A stretch of 63,365 nt of DNA, the filler included, from Rhabdomonas costata (Eukaryota), in assembly GCA_019059605.1 (NCBI GenBank). It is 42 parts of 42 records of this genome, joined end to end, with 100 filler letters (N's around TTAATTAATTAA, not from the genome) between each part and the next. Parts side by side here need not be neighbours in the genome. Positions count along the whole stretch, not along the records: positions 10,583 to 11,993 come from JAHMHO010016705.1; positions 12,094 to 13,504 come from JAHMHO010016706.1; positions 13,605 to 15,017 come from JAHMHO010016707.1; positions 15,118 to 16,529 come from JAHMHO010016708.1; positions 16,630 to 18,040 come from JAHMHO010016709.1; positions 18,141 to 19,551 come from JAHMHO010016710.1; positions 19,652 to 21,062 come from JAHMHO010016711.1; positions 21,163 to 22,573 come from JAHMHO010016712.1; 34 more parts are not named here. One strand, given 5' to 3'. The notes under the pieces are model-generated. The model had not been told where the DNA came from. It did not search any database and saw only the letters and a program-made list of their open reading frames with translations. Of this stretch, positions 10,711 through 23,061 are shown piece by piece (position 1 is the first letter of the stretch; every line of letters starts with the position of its first letter). Both the position numbers and the translations under genes were made by a program.

Positions 10711-11496
10711 ATGGCCGCTCCGCCGTCGTGGGTGTTTCTGGCCGGAGGGGCAGTCCTAGGGCTGTGCTCGGCGCTGAAGCTGCTGCTGACGGGGCGGATC
10801 CTGGGAGTCAGTGGCACCGTCTCCCGACTGCTCGCCGGAAAGGTATCCCCTTCACCCATCCCGTGGGCATTCCCATGCCTCATTCCATTGCGCACTCGAG
10901 GTAATAACAGAAGAGCAATTAGGGACGTCCACCTTGTGATTGTCCTTTTTGGCTCTGTCCCAACGCAAACAAGTACCGCAGTATTCATGATTTGGTCTGT
11001 CAGTCGCACACATGGTTCTCGGAAACTCGAAGTTCAGCATGACAGGTTGTCCAAAGGCAGTGTAACCACTGAGATACGCGAGATAAGAAAGAGAGGTTTT
11101 GCACAACAGAATGAGGTGCCTCGCGGCACGCAGTCAAGGGTCAGTGAGGGGGGAGACCCAGGGACAGCTGCAATTCCTTTTGAGTAAATTTTCTTTGTGT
11201 TTTCTTTCTTTTCTTTTTCTTTTTCTTTCTTTTTTCGGAAGTTTGGGCACGTGACTGTTCTGCCTCTGACGTGTGCACGGACCCCATCTCTGCATCCAAA
11301 ACCCCTCATTTGCCCTCCAACCTCTGCGCAAGTAATCCCCGCTGCTTTCCTGCTTCAGGGTGGCACGGGGTGGCGGAGCAGCTTCATTGCGGGGCTTCTG
11401 ATGGGTGGGCTGGCGCTGCGCGCCGCTCTGCCCTCCGCCTTCCACACCCTCCCCGCAGCCTACCCCGTGTGGAGGCTTGTGCTGGGAGGTCTTCTG
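10711..11496 (+). CDS. YeeE/YedE-family sulfur-compound transporter, first two exons (10711-10842, 11359-11496)
   Basis: GGAVLGLCSALKLLLTGRILGVSGTVSRLL | GWRSSFIAGLLMGG...WRLVLGGLL matches the YeeE/YedE GRIxGxSG and WRxxFxxGL motifs. Phase-0 GT-AG intron. Confidence 0.8.
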
Positions 11497-12987
11497 GTGT
11501 GTTGTGTAACAGACCCTCTCCCACTGCTCTTCCCACCTTTCATCCCCGCAGCTGCTTTCTGGCTCTGTCTGACAAGATGCTATTTGAGGCCTTGTTATTG
11601 TTATTCTCTCATTACCTTCCCTGTTTGTATTCGGGTGCATTTACGGCTTAGCCCAGGATTAATAGGCCTGGCTCACACGGCCGTTTTTTTGCCAGACTTG
11701 CGTTTAGAAAAATGCCCTGAAGCCACAGATCGGAATCAACGTTGCCCTCATCCTGTCAGAAGAGATCTCATCAGAAAGGCAGGGTGAGTGGGCTAGTCCC
11801 TATTCCACTCCCAGGTCATGCTTCATCGAGGCCTTTATTTTGTGAAAAGATCGCCCACTTCACAACAATTGCTTCTGCAATAGCTCGGCAATGTCATTTT
11901 AGTTTATTGCGGGGATTTGGTTGGTGGATCCGCTGGTGGATTTTGCGGATGTCATATTTCTTCGCGTTCGTCGAAGCGCGGTCCCCCACCCCCNNNNNNN
12001 NNNNNNNNNNNNNNNNNNNNNNNNNNNNNNNNNNNNNTTAATTAATTAANNNNNNNNNNNNNNNNNNNNNNNNNNNNNNNNNNNNNNNNNNNNTGTGGTG
12101 GTGCTACGGCATTTTGAAGCCGACAAAGAAGAAGTTCTGATTTATTGCGGGAACCAGATCCAAACCCGCCCAGCCCGGCAAAGAGCGCAACGCTGGTCCA
12201 CCTCGGCAACCGCCATTCGAAGCCCTCAGGACCCTCGTTTGCCTGCTGCAGGCATTGGAGAAAACCCTCAATGAAAAGGACAAGCTGTGCCAATGGGATG
12301 AGGGCATCAAAGTGTTTTGGGGGACGCCATGTGCACATCCTTTCTTTTCACAACCGATGATCAACAACGTCAAGGAATCCATTCGGGAAGCCTTTGAGCA
12401 CGAGCAGGCCGTGAACCGTCCCCTGGAAGTCGACGGTGAACCGCCTCAGCAGCTCCGGTTGAGAGGATAGCCGTCCAGCAAGACCCCGGAGTTACAGTTG
12501 CGAAACGACCCCACACCAACCCGGAAGCAGCGGCAAGCAGCTCCTCGCCCCGCGCTCCACCCAGCGATTGTCTATCAAAGTATTTCTTTTGTGGCACACT
12601 AGACCTATTGATACAAATCGTTTTATTACAAAAGATGCACTATATAATATTTTTTCTGTTGAATTTTGCATTTTCAACAAATTTCCGTTTCTTTCGGGAA
12701 TTTCTATAATAATTCAATATCTTCAATATCTGGCGTGTTTTCTTGGGGGTAACGTCTCTCATAAGTTCTTCGCATATGTTGCTAATTGGTATAAAATTTA
12801 ACCTCAGTATCTCATCCACGTTTTATATTACTAATAATATTATATTACTTATAATTAATAATATATTACTGACATTATTAATATCATAATATTAATTTTC
12901 AATTCACTTCAATATTATAATGTTATATTTCATTGTTTTTCATGAAAGGTGTACGTGTTAAAGCATCAGTAAGTGTCAAAAGGTTGA

Positions 12988-13096
12988 AACTTTTCAGACC
13001 TTTCAAACTTTTCAAACCTTTCAGAACTTTTAGCGGTTTCAATAGTTATGATGGTTTAATGGTTTCAATGGTTTTAATAGTTTCAATAGTTTTAAA
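12988..13096. repeat. Degenerate 9-nt-period tandem array (~12 units)
   Basis: Units acttttcag, acctttcaa, acttttcaa, acctttcag ... tggtttcaa, tggttttaa, tagtttcaa, tagttttaa. Confidence 0.75.
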
Positions 13097-13604
13097 ATTA
13101 TACAAACTATAATTATATGAAAGTTAAACGAGTAAGGATCAACTCGTAGAAAAGTTGTACAAACTAAACGAGGATGATGTAATGTTGTCTGAGCAGTTGA
13201 AGCAGTACAGGATAATAGTGGAAACTTCAGAGAGAAAGCTAAACGAGATGAATAACATTCAAAACAAGAAACATCAACAAATAACCGAAACCCTTTTGCA
13301 ATTTAAGTTCAAAAGGAAAAGCTCATAAATGGAGGCGCATGACATTCAAAAAAGAGCTCCAAACATTCAAAAACCAGGTCAAAGAAACCTCATTCATCCA
13401 AACAGTCAAAGCATTCAAAACATCGCACACCAAAAAACAGAAGGTACGACAGGGTATGTGAATATTTCAAATTAAGGAAGAGAACAATAATGGTGTTCGT
13501 AAATNNNNNNNNNNNNNNNNNNNNNNNNNNNNNNNNNNNNNNNNNNNNTTAATTAATTAANNNNNNNNNNNNNNNNNNNNNNNNNNNNNNNNNNNNNNNN
13601 NNNN

Positions 13605-14773
13605 GAGGTACTTCAACTTGACTACAGCGGAGCTTTTGGATCCGACGAAGTGGAACCATGGCAGACTTTGGGAGTCAGGGAAGATTGTGGTACCAATCCA
13701 GAGAGAACAAGAGGTGATTTCCAGGTACCACAACTCACCCGCAGCAGGTCATTGGGGAGTGGCCATGACGGACTCCCTGATCAAGCGGACGTACACGTTC
13801 AAGAACATCAAAATAAAGGTACGAGCTTACGTGCGTACTTGTGATGTGTGCCAGAGATGCAAAGCGGAGCACCATTTGCCAAGAGGTCTGGAGGTGCCAG
13901 TGAGGAAATGGGAATCTATATCGATGGATTTCGTTTCCGTGCAGCCAGGTCCGTGGAATTTTTGTGGTAAAGACTTGGAGGTGAACGAGGTGTTGACGGT
14001 CACGGATCGGGCAACCAAGATGGTGGTTCTGATACCATACCACAATGAGATGAATGCCCACGACATTGCGGAGCTGTTTTGGTGTGAGGTGATCAGACAT
14101 CATGGGTTGCCGAGGAGTATTGTGAGCGATCGAGATCCGATCTTCATGTCGTTGTTCTAGAGAGATTTGATGGCTTTATTGGACATCCATAGCAGAAGAT
14201 CCTCGCCATACCATCCACAGACCAACGGACAAGCAGAGCGAACCAATCAGACCATGAAGCAGGTGATGACCACGCTGATGTATTCGCATACGGGCACAGG
14301 TTGGATGGACCTTTCGTGTTGGTGGAGATTGCGATCAACAGTTCACCCATTGCAAACACGGAGTACAGTCCCTTCTTCCTCAACTATGGGTATCATCCAG
14401 TGTTTTGGTGGGATCTACCAGAGACTGCAGAGTCAGGTCCAGGAGCAGCGAGAGCTCCAGTGAGGTACCAGGTCAAGAGAATGAATGCGGTTTGGAAGAA
14501 GGTGGGGGATGCATTTGAGAGAGAAAAGCAGAATGCCGCAGCCTATGCCAATCGCAAGAGGGCAGATTACAAGTTCAGTGTGGGTCAGGATGTGTTGATC
14601 AGTAAGAGGAGGCACTACCAAGGGAGGTTTGGAGACCCACCAGGTAAGCTTATGCCAAAGGCCGTGGGACCGTTTACTATCATCAAGAAGATTACAGATA
14701 CGACCTTTGTGTTAGACATTCCTAAGGAAGTGCGTATCCGGTGTTCCATTCAAGTGATCTAATCCCGTACTAG
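13605..14773 (+). mobile_element. Degenerate Ty3/Gypsy LTR retrotransposon integrase
   Basis: HHCC motif (YHNSPAAGHWG...CDVCQRCK), core motifs ISMDFV, IVSDRDPIF and SPYHPQTNGQAERTN, then SPFFLNYGYHP, GPF and YPVFHSSDLIPY. Broken by an in-frame TAG at 14158-14160 (where Trp is expected) and frameshifts near 14310 and 14730. Confidence 0.95.
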
Positions 14774-15590
14774 ACAAGGGTGTTAGACCCAGTGGGAATG
14801 TTACCAGAGGATGAGGGTGATTGCGATGAAGATGCGGAAGAAGGACCAGAGGAGGATGGTGTCGACGATGGTTCAGCACCACCCGCAGAACGAAGTGTCA
14901 GGCCACAGAGAAGTTCAGCGAGCCCGACTGAAAATTCCAGAAGAATGAGTCGGAGGTTGTCGGAAAGTTCAGTAGAAGAGGAAGAGTCGAGCGGAGAGCA
15001 TACTCCGTTGAGAAGGCNNNNNNNNNNNNNNNNNNNNNNNNNNNNNNNNNNNNNNNNNNNNTTAATTAATTAANNNNNNNNNNNNNNNNNNNNNNNNNNN
15101 NNNNNNNNNNNNNNNNNTTGTTGGGTCCGATAAGTGCACCGTAATTGTTTGTGTGTGTGGAGGTGTCCCCAACATGCCCCAGCCGGCAAAAACGAGTGAG
15201 CAAAATCAATGGAATTTGCTCAGACCAATGCGCCGCCAAGGTAGTTCCTGGGATTGTGCACATCTTCGAAGTCGTCTGAACAGTTTAACTAAGGATTGAT
15301 CACCGAGGACGCATCTGTCTTGGTGAACTCGTCCGTTGGGGAAAGCTGTTCTTCTTCTGCAGTGTTAAAAAGGCCCCAAAGTGGTGCATTTTCAAGTGGA
15401 GCTTTGTCGGCTCTCGCCCCGTGGTAGGCAATGGACGGAAACATTTTGACGTGCACGTTTCTTCCTCAAAGTTTCGACTGTTGGCTGAATGCTTCGGAAA
15501 CTGTTTCTCTTGAGATGAAAATGTCGCGCGGGGGAAGGTCCGCTCACTCATACATTCGTACTGAATAGCGTGTTTTCTGTTTTTCCATAG

Positions 15591-15758
15591 CGGTGAGCTG
15601 CAGCACCCCCAGCACGCCCTCCAACGCGAACACCCCATCGTGCACGGGAACGGCGGTGGGGAGCACGTGCAGCTTCACGTGCAGCACGGGATACACCGGG
15701 AGTGGCACCCTGACCTGCGGATCCGACGGGACATGGAGCCAGAGCGGCAGCTGCACAG
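15591..15758 (+). CDS. Exon encoding one six-cysteine Sushi/CCP module
   Basis: VSCSTPSTPSNANTPSCTGTAVGSTCSFTCSTGYTGSGTLTCGSDGTWSQSGSCT. TAG acceptor after a pyrimidine tract, GT donor. 168 nt, phase 1 at both ends. Confidence 0.8.
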
Positions 15759-18278
15759 GTTTGGGGGGTGCCACTTTGGATGCTTTTTTTCTGCACCTGT
15801 GGTGATTTCTTCATCATTGGTCAGCTGAAAAGTGAGATTTTGACAATGCTCGAAGTTAAAAGTAGCCCTTCCTCTAAAAACCGGGCCATCATTAGAGCTT
15901 TTTGGCTAAGACCTTTCAAAGATGGGGATCGGTCCGCATTTTTTGAGTCGGAAAAAGCTTTGTGCAGGGCCCTAGTCGGTTCCTCACGGTCTTTGCCGTT
16001 CCCAACACTACAGCGCGGTAGTGCAATAGAATTGCGGATAAGGTGGGCAGTGCCGTTGCCGCCACTGCCTCCCCGAAGCCAATCCAAGGGTCTAAAACGG
16101 CTTTTTCGGGAGGTCATCTTGTTTTGTGTAGTTGGTAGGCCAACCTTTGAGTATTTGACCCAGGCTTGATATGCTGGTCCAGTGCGATGACACCTAGCAT
16201 ACCAACGTTCGACTTCATTTCATCTGCAGGCGGCTTGGCCAGGAGCGAAGCGACGCCGTAGGCAAATAATTGGAGCATTATGCTACAGATCTATTGATTT
16301 TTAGGCGGTTCGTCATATGCCTAAGCTCGATTCGAAGTAGCCCTATCACAACGTGAAAATGGCTCATCATTCGCTTTCACTTCGCTGCTTCACAGCCAAG
16401 ACTCTATTTGCCCATCCTGACGCGAGGCTTACCGTTAAGATATTTGTCTGGCATCCGCACCCCCACTCACGCGCGTAGTACTACAGCGCGGCTTCGGTTT
16501 TTCCTAATGTTTGGCCATTTTAGGCCAACNNNNNNNNNNNNNNNNNNNNNNNNNNNNNNNNNNNNNNNNNNNNTTAATTAATTAANNNNNNNNNNNNNNN
16601 NNNNNNNNNNNNNNNNNNNNNNNNNNNNNGGGTTTTGGTCGCTGAGCGGTCTGCCCAGTCTGCTTGTTGTTGCTTCCGCTGACTTCCAGGAAGTCGTACT
16701 AGAGCATCTTCATCGCTTCCAAGTCCTCCAGAGCACCGCTGAGCCATGGCATTCCCCGTCGTCGTCATCAAACGGTGTCCGATCACATCGAGCGGATGGG
16801 TCAGGGGAGCGTTCGGCGACATTGATAGCAAGGCCGAGGGGCCAAGCCACTGCTACTGCCCTCTTACAGGGGCCTTCCGTTGGGTGGAGGCCTTTCAGGG
16901 GGATGGCCTACATCCACATCCTAATAATGTCCTATAGTGGGACATTGCAGCCACAAATCTGGGGTGGGGTGTGGGGGCAGAGAGCCCGTCTATAGTTGCT
17001 CGTGTCCGCCATCACCCCGATTAAACTCAGCTTCGCATATCTATGACGCCCTGTAGGGGCCCTTTTACGAAGTCGAATTGCGCTACACCCCACCGAAGAC
17101 GCGATTCAGTCCTACCACTTAGAAAATACTATGGAGGCCTTTCCTACCCCAAGCATGCTTTCGAATTTCCGATCGCTGCCTGGCCGCTTATCGGGGTGTG
17201 CAGATCACCCTCTGCTAGGGAAACAGCGCGTCAAGAGAGCTTCCGCTCTGCTCCCCCCTCCGAAAAAACAAGCAAGAGTGTGAGCAGGGGAGGGCGGACT
17301 ACCGGTCGATCCAGCTGACCGCGGTCAAGGAGGCCAGCTCACGGAGGTCCGAGGCCTGCATAGAGACGCCGCACAGCAGGTCGGCCATCATGGAATCCAG
17401 GTCCGTGGTGCTGGCCCGGGAAAGGCTTCCCGAGGGCACTGCATAGGTCCACCCCCAGGTCCATCCCGTATGTGAGAGAGAACGACACACAGAAGGATCT
17501 CCGTGACTCACTAGCATGCCGGGTTTACAGGCAGACACAAACACATCACTCCAACCATAGACTCCAGTGGAAAGCCACCGGCAGTGAAGATAAGCGCAGC
17601 CGGGCATCGAATCTTGTTTGTTCAGCAAAGGGTGGGCTGGCTGATGCGGAGCGGTTGTTTCGGTGATCTGTCCCTTGCCTTCTGCGCAGTTGAGCTGTAT
17701 ATGGGCTTGACATCGGGCATCGTGCACAGGCGAGGCGCACACTTTTGAGCAGCAGCTGCAGCCAGTCCATTGTCATCATTGGGAACTTGCACTCCACGGC
17801 ACGAGGCAGCAGGTGCCTCAGAGCGCCGATGCAGTGCTCCACGATCTCTGAAGGAAGACAGCCACGAATAAAAGAATATCCCTGCAGAATGAGAAATACC
17901 ATCGGGCAACCCCATCGGGTTCCTTCGGAGAAGCCAGAAGTCCCTGCTATGTGCAAAAGGGTGCTGTGCTGAAAAGAGTGCACCTGCACTCGTCCCCACG
18001 CTTGTGCATACACACTCCTCACTCACCCCCCCCCCGCTTTNNNNNNNNNNNNNNNNNNNNNNNNNNNNNNNNNNNNNNNNNNNNTTAATTAATTAANNNN
18101 NNNNNNNNNNNNNNNNNNNNNNNNNNNNNNNNNNNNNNNNTTGTGCGCTTGCATGCCGGCTGGTTTTTCTGGAATCAATTAAGACGTGCGGGAACCCCGA
18201 GGTGACGTTTGGCCCTGCGTATTTGGAATTCGGCACTGCAATTTACAATTCGCAATTTTTTACTCTGTGGGACTATAG

Positions 18279-19467
18279 CGGGAACGGGAAAGACCCGGAT
18301 TATCAAGGAGAGGCTGGACAAGCTGGAGAGCAGTGAGATGATCTACCGCGTCATCAACTTCAACTCCCGCACGGACAGCAAGACCTTGCAGACGATCATG
18401 GAGCAGAGCCTTGACAAGAAGTCCGGCCGCCAGTACGGACCTCCGGGCCGAAAGAAGCTGATCTACTTCATTGATGACATCAACATGTATGCTTTTTTAA
18501 AGTGACCCCCCAACACGGGTTTTTTCTTGTCACCTGCCTGGATGTGTGTAAATTACTTTGTTATAGGCCCACCCCGGACCATTACGGGACCCAGCACTCG
18601 ATCGCGCTGCTCCGAATGCACTTCGACTACGGCTTCTGGTACGATCGCCAGAAGATGACCCTGAAGGAGGTCGTCAACGTGCAGTATCTCTCTGCAATGA
18701 ATCCTAAGGTTCAGAGTCACCACCTCCCCCACCCCCTGCTCCCATTCACATCCCCCTGCATTGACTCTTGAGGGCTTTTCTTTCTGCTCTCCATCACTCC
18801 TCTGGCTCTCACTGTTGGATTGGTCGTCTTAGGCTGGAGCTTTCATCATCCTGGACCGCCTTCAGCGGCACTACGCCACCTTCGCCTGCAGCATACCGGA
18901 GAAGTCTGACCTGCAGCTGATCTATGGGTATGCACTTTTCATGAATTTTCGTCGCTTTTAGTGGTGCAGCTCGGTTCCCGCCCGGACTTGTGCACACACA
19001 CACATGCGCACACATGGACATTGTATTTGTCCCACAGGCAAATCCTCGCGGGGCACTTCTCGGCGTTCAGTCGGGATGTCCAGCCCCTCGCTGCCCTGCT
19101 CACTTCTGCTTCGATTGACCTCCACCGCGCCGTGGCGAAGGCCTTCCTGCCCACGGCGATCAAGTTCCACTATCAGTGGAATCTTCGCGAGCTTTCCAAC
19201 ATCTGCCAGGGGTTGATGCTCAGTCAGCCCGCCACCCACGACACCCTGACCATTATCCGGATGTGGCTGCACGAGTGCGAGCGGACGTTCGCCGACCGTA
19301 TGGTGAACGAGGACGACATCAAGACCTACGACGAGCTCGCGCAGACCGTGTGCCGGCAGTACTTCGCCGAGAGCGCGCCAGTGGACGAGGTCTTTGGGAA
19401 GCCCAATCTCTTCGGGCCCTTCTTCCCCAACACGGCCGGCGGGGATGCGGAGTTCCTGTATAACCAG
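18279..19467 (+). CDS. Axonemal dynein heavy chain, AAA3 region (exons 18279-18486, 18567-18708, 18833-18927, 19038-19467)
   Basis: Walker A AGTGKT, then YGPPGRKKLIYFIDDINMP, DHYGTQ, WYDRQK, AMNPKAG, FLPTAIKFHYQWNLRELSNICQGL and WLHECERTFADR. Three GT-AG introns join in frame. Confidence 0.96.
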
Positions 19468-19778
19468 GTGTCCGATGTGACAGCTCTGTTTTTCTTGGTG
19501 GGCGGAGTGACAGGAATCTCTTCTGTTAGTATCATCAGTGTCTAACCCCCANNNNNNNNNNNNNNNNNNNNNNNNNNNNNNNNNNNNNNNNNNNNTTAAT
19601 TAATTAANNNNNNNNNNNNNNNNNNNNNNNNNNNNNNNNNNNNNNNNNNNNGTTGTTTTGGGTCTTGAATCAAACCGCGTGACACGCCTTCTCCATTTTG
19701 TGCGTTTGACATCTTTTTCGTGTGTCTTTTGATGCAGTCCGCTTTTCTCTTTGGGTCGGGGATGGTGTGCAAAAAAAG

Positions 19779-20516
19779 GTTCTACGAGACCACGCTGAGC
19801 ATCCTCGCAGAGACCAAGAACGAGCGTCTGTGGTTCAACACCACGGTGAAGCTGTGCCGGATCGCCTTTGAGACCCGTGACTTCGCAAAGATGCAGAGGA
19901 TTCTCAAGGTCAGCCGGCCACTTGCGCACGCGCGGAGAGAGCAGGAGCAAAAGCAGCGTTTGTTGTTGTTGTGTGTGTGTGTTTGTCTTGGTGTCCTGAG
20001 CTTCTGAGCGGCAGAAAAATGCCCAGTAGGAGAGGGGGAAGAGAGACCTTTCTGAGCCCCCTCTCAAGTTTTGTGACTTCTAGAGGCTTCGGTCAGGTAA
20101 CCTACCCCACCCATATTGGCACCTGCTGGCCCCTATGTTTCACAGAGGAAGTCCTTGTTGGGGTGGGCCAGAGTTGCCTTCAGCTTTAGAGTTGCCTTCA
20201 CCCATAATGCTTTAGAGTTGCCTTCACTCAAATGGTGAATCTGGTGAATATGGTGGATTCGGGCCGACTTTCGGTGCCCGACCTGTGTTTACCTTTCCCA
20301 CCCATTTCCCACCCAGCTCAGTTTGTGTTGTTGTGTGGAATGTGCGCCTAACCGAAGTGGCCCTCCGCTTTTGGGAGGGGGGGGGGGCTCCATAAGTCCT
20401 GTTTTCAGCCCCCTCATCCGGCGCAGGACTTGCACCGCTCTTGCGAGAGCAAGGACGGCCACGAGGACGCCAAGAAGGGGACCCAGCTGCAGGAAATCTA
20501 CGCCCTGGAGATCATG
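19779..20516 (+). CDS. COPS2: COP9 signalosome subunit 2, partial (exons 19779-19908, 20427-20516)
   Basis: [25 protein letters not shown]...MQRILK | [30 protein letters not shown] closely follows the conserved CSN2 sequence. Confidence 0.93.
20170..20226 (+). repeat. Intronic direct repeat AGAGTTGCCTTCA x3
   Basis: Three copies visible within the CSN2 intron. Confidence 0.75.
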
Positions 20517-21536
20517 GTGTGGCTCCGTTTGGGGGGTAGCCTGCCTCGTTCCTAGGTTTCGAACCCAAACTTAAACCCAAACCATAGTGTCAACCTGGAC
20601 CTCGGCCTTCACCCCGACCCATCTTCCTACCACCACTACCACCATTGTCAACCGCCTCCTGCCAACCGCGTTCCCCACCGCTTGAAAATCCCGAGGCAGC
20701 ATCAGCGGATCTCTAAATGAGAAAGGATTTCTCAGCTCTTCTTTCTTCTCACCATTTTCCAAAAAAAATGACCCCCCACCCCACCACCCACAGGCTCTAA
20801 TGGTTTAATGGCCCGGTTCAACTCGCCGGCATCAACAAAGTAAGACGTAGGGTAGAGATATACAGAACAGCCCGAACGAAGCAAAAACACCTCTAAGAAA
20901 GAATTATTTTCTCCACCTACTCTTTCGCTTCTTAGAGCTAAAAAAAACCCTGAGTTTTTGGGTTCTGATTTTTTGAAGTGAGGGGTTATGAGACATATAC
21001 AATGGGCCTTCTGAGACGCTGCTTGGCCGGTCGCCTCGTGCGCGCGCTTGAATGAGACAGTANNNNNNNNNNNNNNNNNNNNNNNNNNNNNNNNNNNNNN
21101 NNNNNNTTAATTAATTAANNNNNNNNNNNNNNNNNNNNNNNNNNNNNNNNNNNNNNNNNNNNGTTGGTGGGTAGCCATGTGGGGTCTGCATATGCCTCCT
21201 GATGGGGGATACAGTCACAGTCCGACCCATTCCAGAAGAGAGCACGCTGCAGAACGAGCAGCGAGCTGATTCCGGCCGGAATGTCTTTGTCAAGTTGGAA
21301 GACTTGCTTTCCTGTACCTGCCTGATTCACAGCCATTCATTCATGCTGTTGTGGGCCCTCTGTGCCCCCGAACCAAGCTTCCCGAGAACAAGTGCATTTT
21401 TCGCTCCTGGCGCTCGCAGCACGCAGTCGTTTTTTCGGTGTTTTAAAGGGTAGGCGCATGATGTTTTTTTTTGTGTGTGTGCACGCGCGCGAAAATGTCA
21501 CCGAACATGCGGCATGATTGATTGGGGTGCTCTCAG

Positions 21537-21705
21537 GTTCGACGCTAGCGAGCAGCAGGCGCCCGGCTCGCAGACGGCACAGGGTTTTGAGAACCAGCTC
21601 ACCGACCTGGGCTCCTTCGATACCGTTCGGGGGTTCTGGAGGTACTGGAACGCCTTGGACGTGCAACGGCTTCGCGACAACTGCAACTTGAGGCTTTTCA
21701 AGAAG
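21537..21705 (+). CDS. eIF4E-family cap-binding protein, internal exon
   Basis: FD...QGFENQLTDLGSFDTVRGFWRYWNALDVQRLRDNCNLRLFKK contains the FDTVxxFW and LFK motifs. CAG/GT borders. Confidence 0.85.
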
Positions 21706-23061
21706 GTTGGAGGAATAGCCCTTCTCTCTCTCTCTCTCATTCCCTCCCTCCCTCCGTTTTTCACATACTCGCCTCTACCACCTCCTGCGCGATCGAGGGA
21801 CAGTGAGTGGAGCAAAAATGCCTGTGTCTGGAACTTTGTGTCCTCCTCCCCATCACGAGTTCATGTCGGTGGGCGGGCATGTATTCCCCTCTCTTCCGTC
21901 TTGACAAGTTTCACCGCTTTCAACGGTTCTGTTCTTTGAAGGGGGGCGGGGAATTCAGGAATTCAGTTTTGGAAAGTATGCCCGCCCCCTCCGCGAACTT
22001 TACTTGCCAAGGTGGAAAGCCGTGTGCGGTGCAGCCCTGGGCTGGTGCTGCGGTACCCCCTCCCAGGAATGGAAGTCTTGGTAGCCTGGCAGCCCATCCC
22101 TGGTGAGGACCCCGCATCGCTGGGAGCGGTGTGCTTAGGGGCTCCTTGCCCTGCCGCGCAGGTGCGGGTTTATCGATGTCTTTTGTGCCAACCGGAAGAT
22201 GTGCCATCTCTCGCCTGCTTTGTAGAGTGTGGCAGCATGAGTCGTGTATGGTCACATTTCATAACTGAAAAAAACTGATGAGGAAATTTCGGTCATTTGA
22301 AAACGCATTGCTGCCCTACAACTCGAACGGAAGTAAATGACCTGCCCAAAAACAGCAGCTCTAATGAATGCTTATTCTGCCTAACCAGAGTTGCCAAGTT
22401 TTTTGTCTGGGTTTTGATTGTGATCTGGGACTCGACTTCATTGCCGGGTGGGGTCAAAAAGAGCCCTCCGGCAAGTTGTGCCAGAAAGGGAATTTTTTTT
22501 GAGAATTATTTTCCATTTTTTATTATGGAGAGGATCCTTTTTAAATTGACATTTGCCATAACCCCCCAACACCNNNNNNNNNNNNNNNNNNNNNNNNNNN
22601 NNNNNNNNNNNNNNNNNTTAATTAATTAANNNNNNNNNNNNNNNNNNNNNNNNNNNNNNNNNNNNNNNNNNNNGGTTTGTGTTCTATACTACCGTCCCTC
22701 AACTACCCCTCCCCGCCGTCTGGAACAAAAAACCGGTAAAGAAATGGCGGTATTCCTATGACTTCCTTCAACCATTGACAGACCAAGATATTGAACTGAA
22801 TTAATAAGATAGATATCGCATAATAGAGTCACACAGAGTCACATAGAACTGAACCATGAGCATGTGAGAGAGAGAAAATGTGAAATGGTGACAGCAGTAG
22901 ATGCATCGCAAGTGCACGTGTCTAAATCGTGATACGCTGGCAAAACTATAGAATAACGAGCCCTCGTCGACAGGGGCAGAGGGAGGGATGTGGGGTGGGA
23001 GAGAGGGAGAGAGGGTGCAATCTATCTCACCGCACCATTCACAGGCTTCACACAAAGAAAC

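Noticed and set aside
14158-14160. TAG at a conserved Trp position as stop-codon reassignment or readthrough
   Set aside because: The same element also has frameshifts, and conserved host exons contain no in-frame stops. This is ordinary decay.
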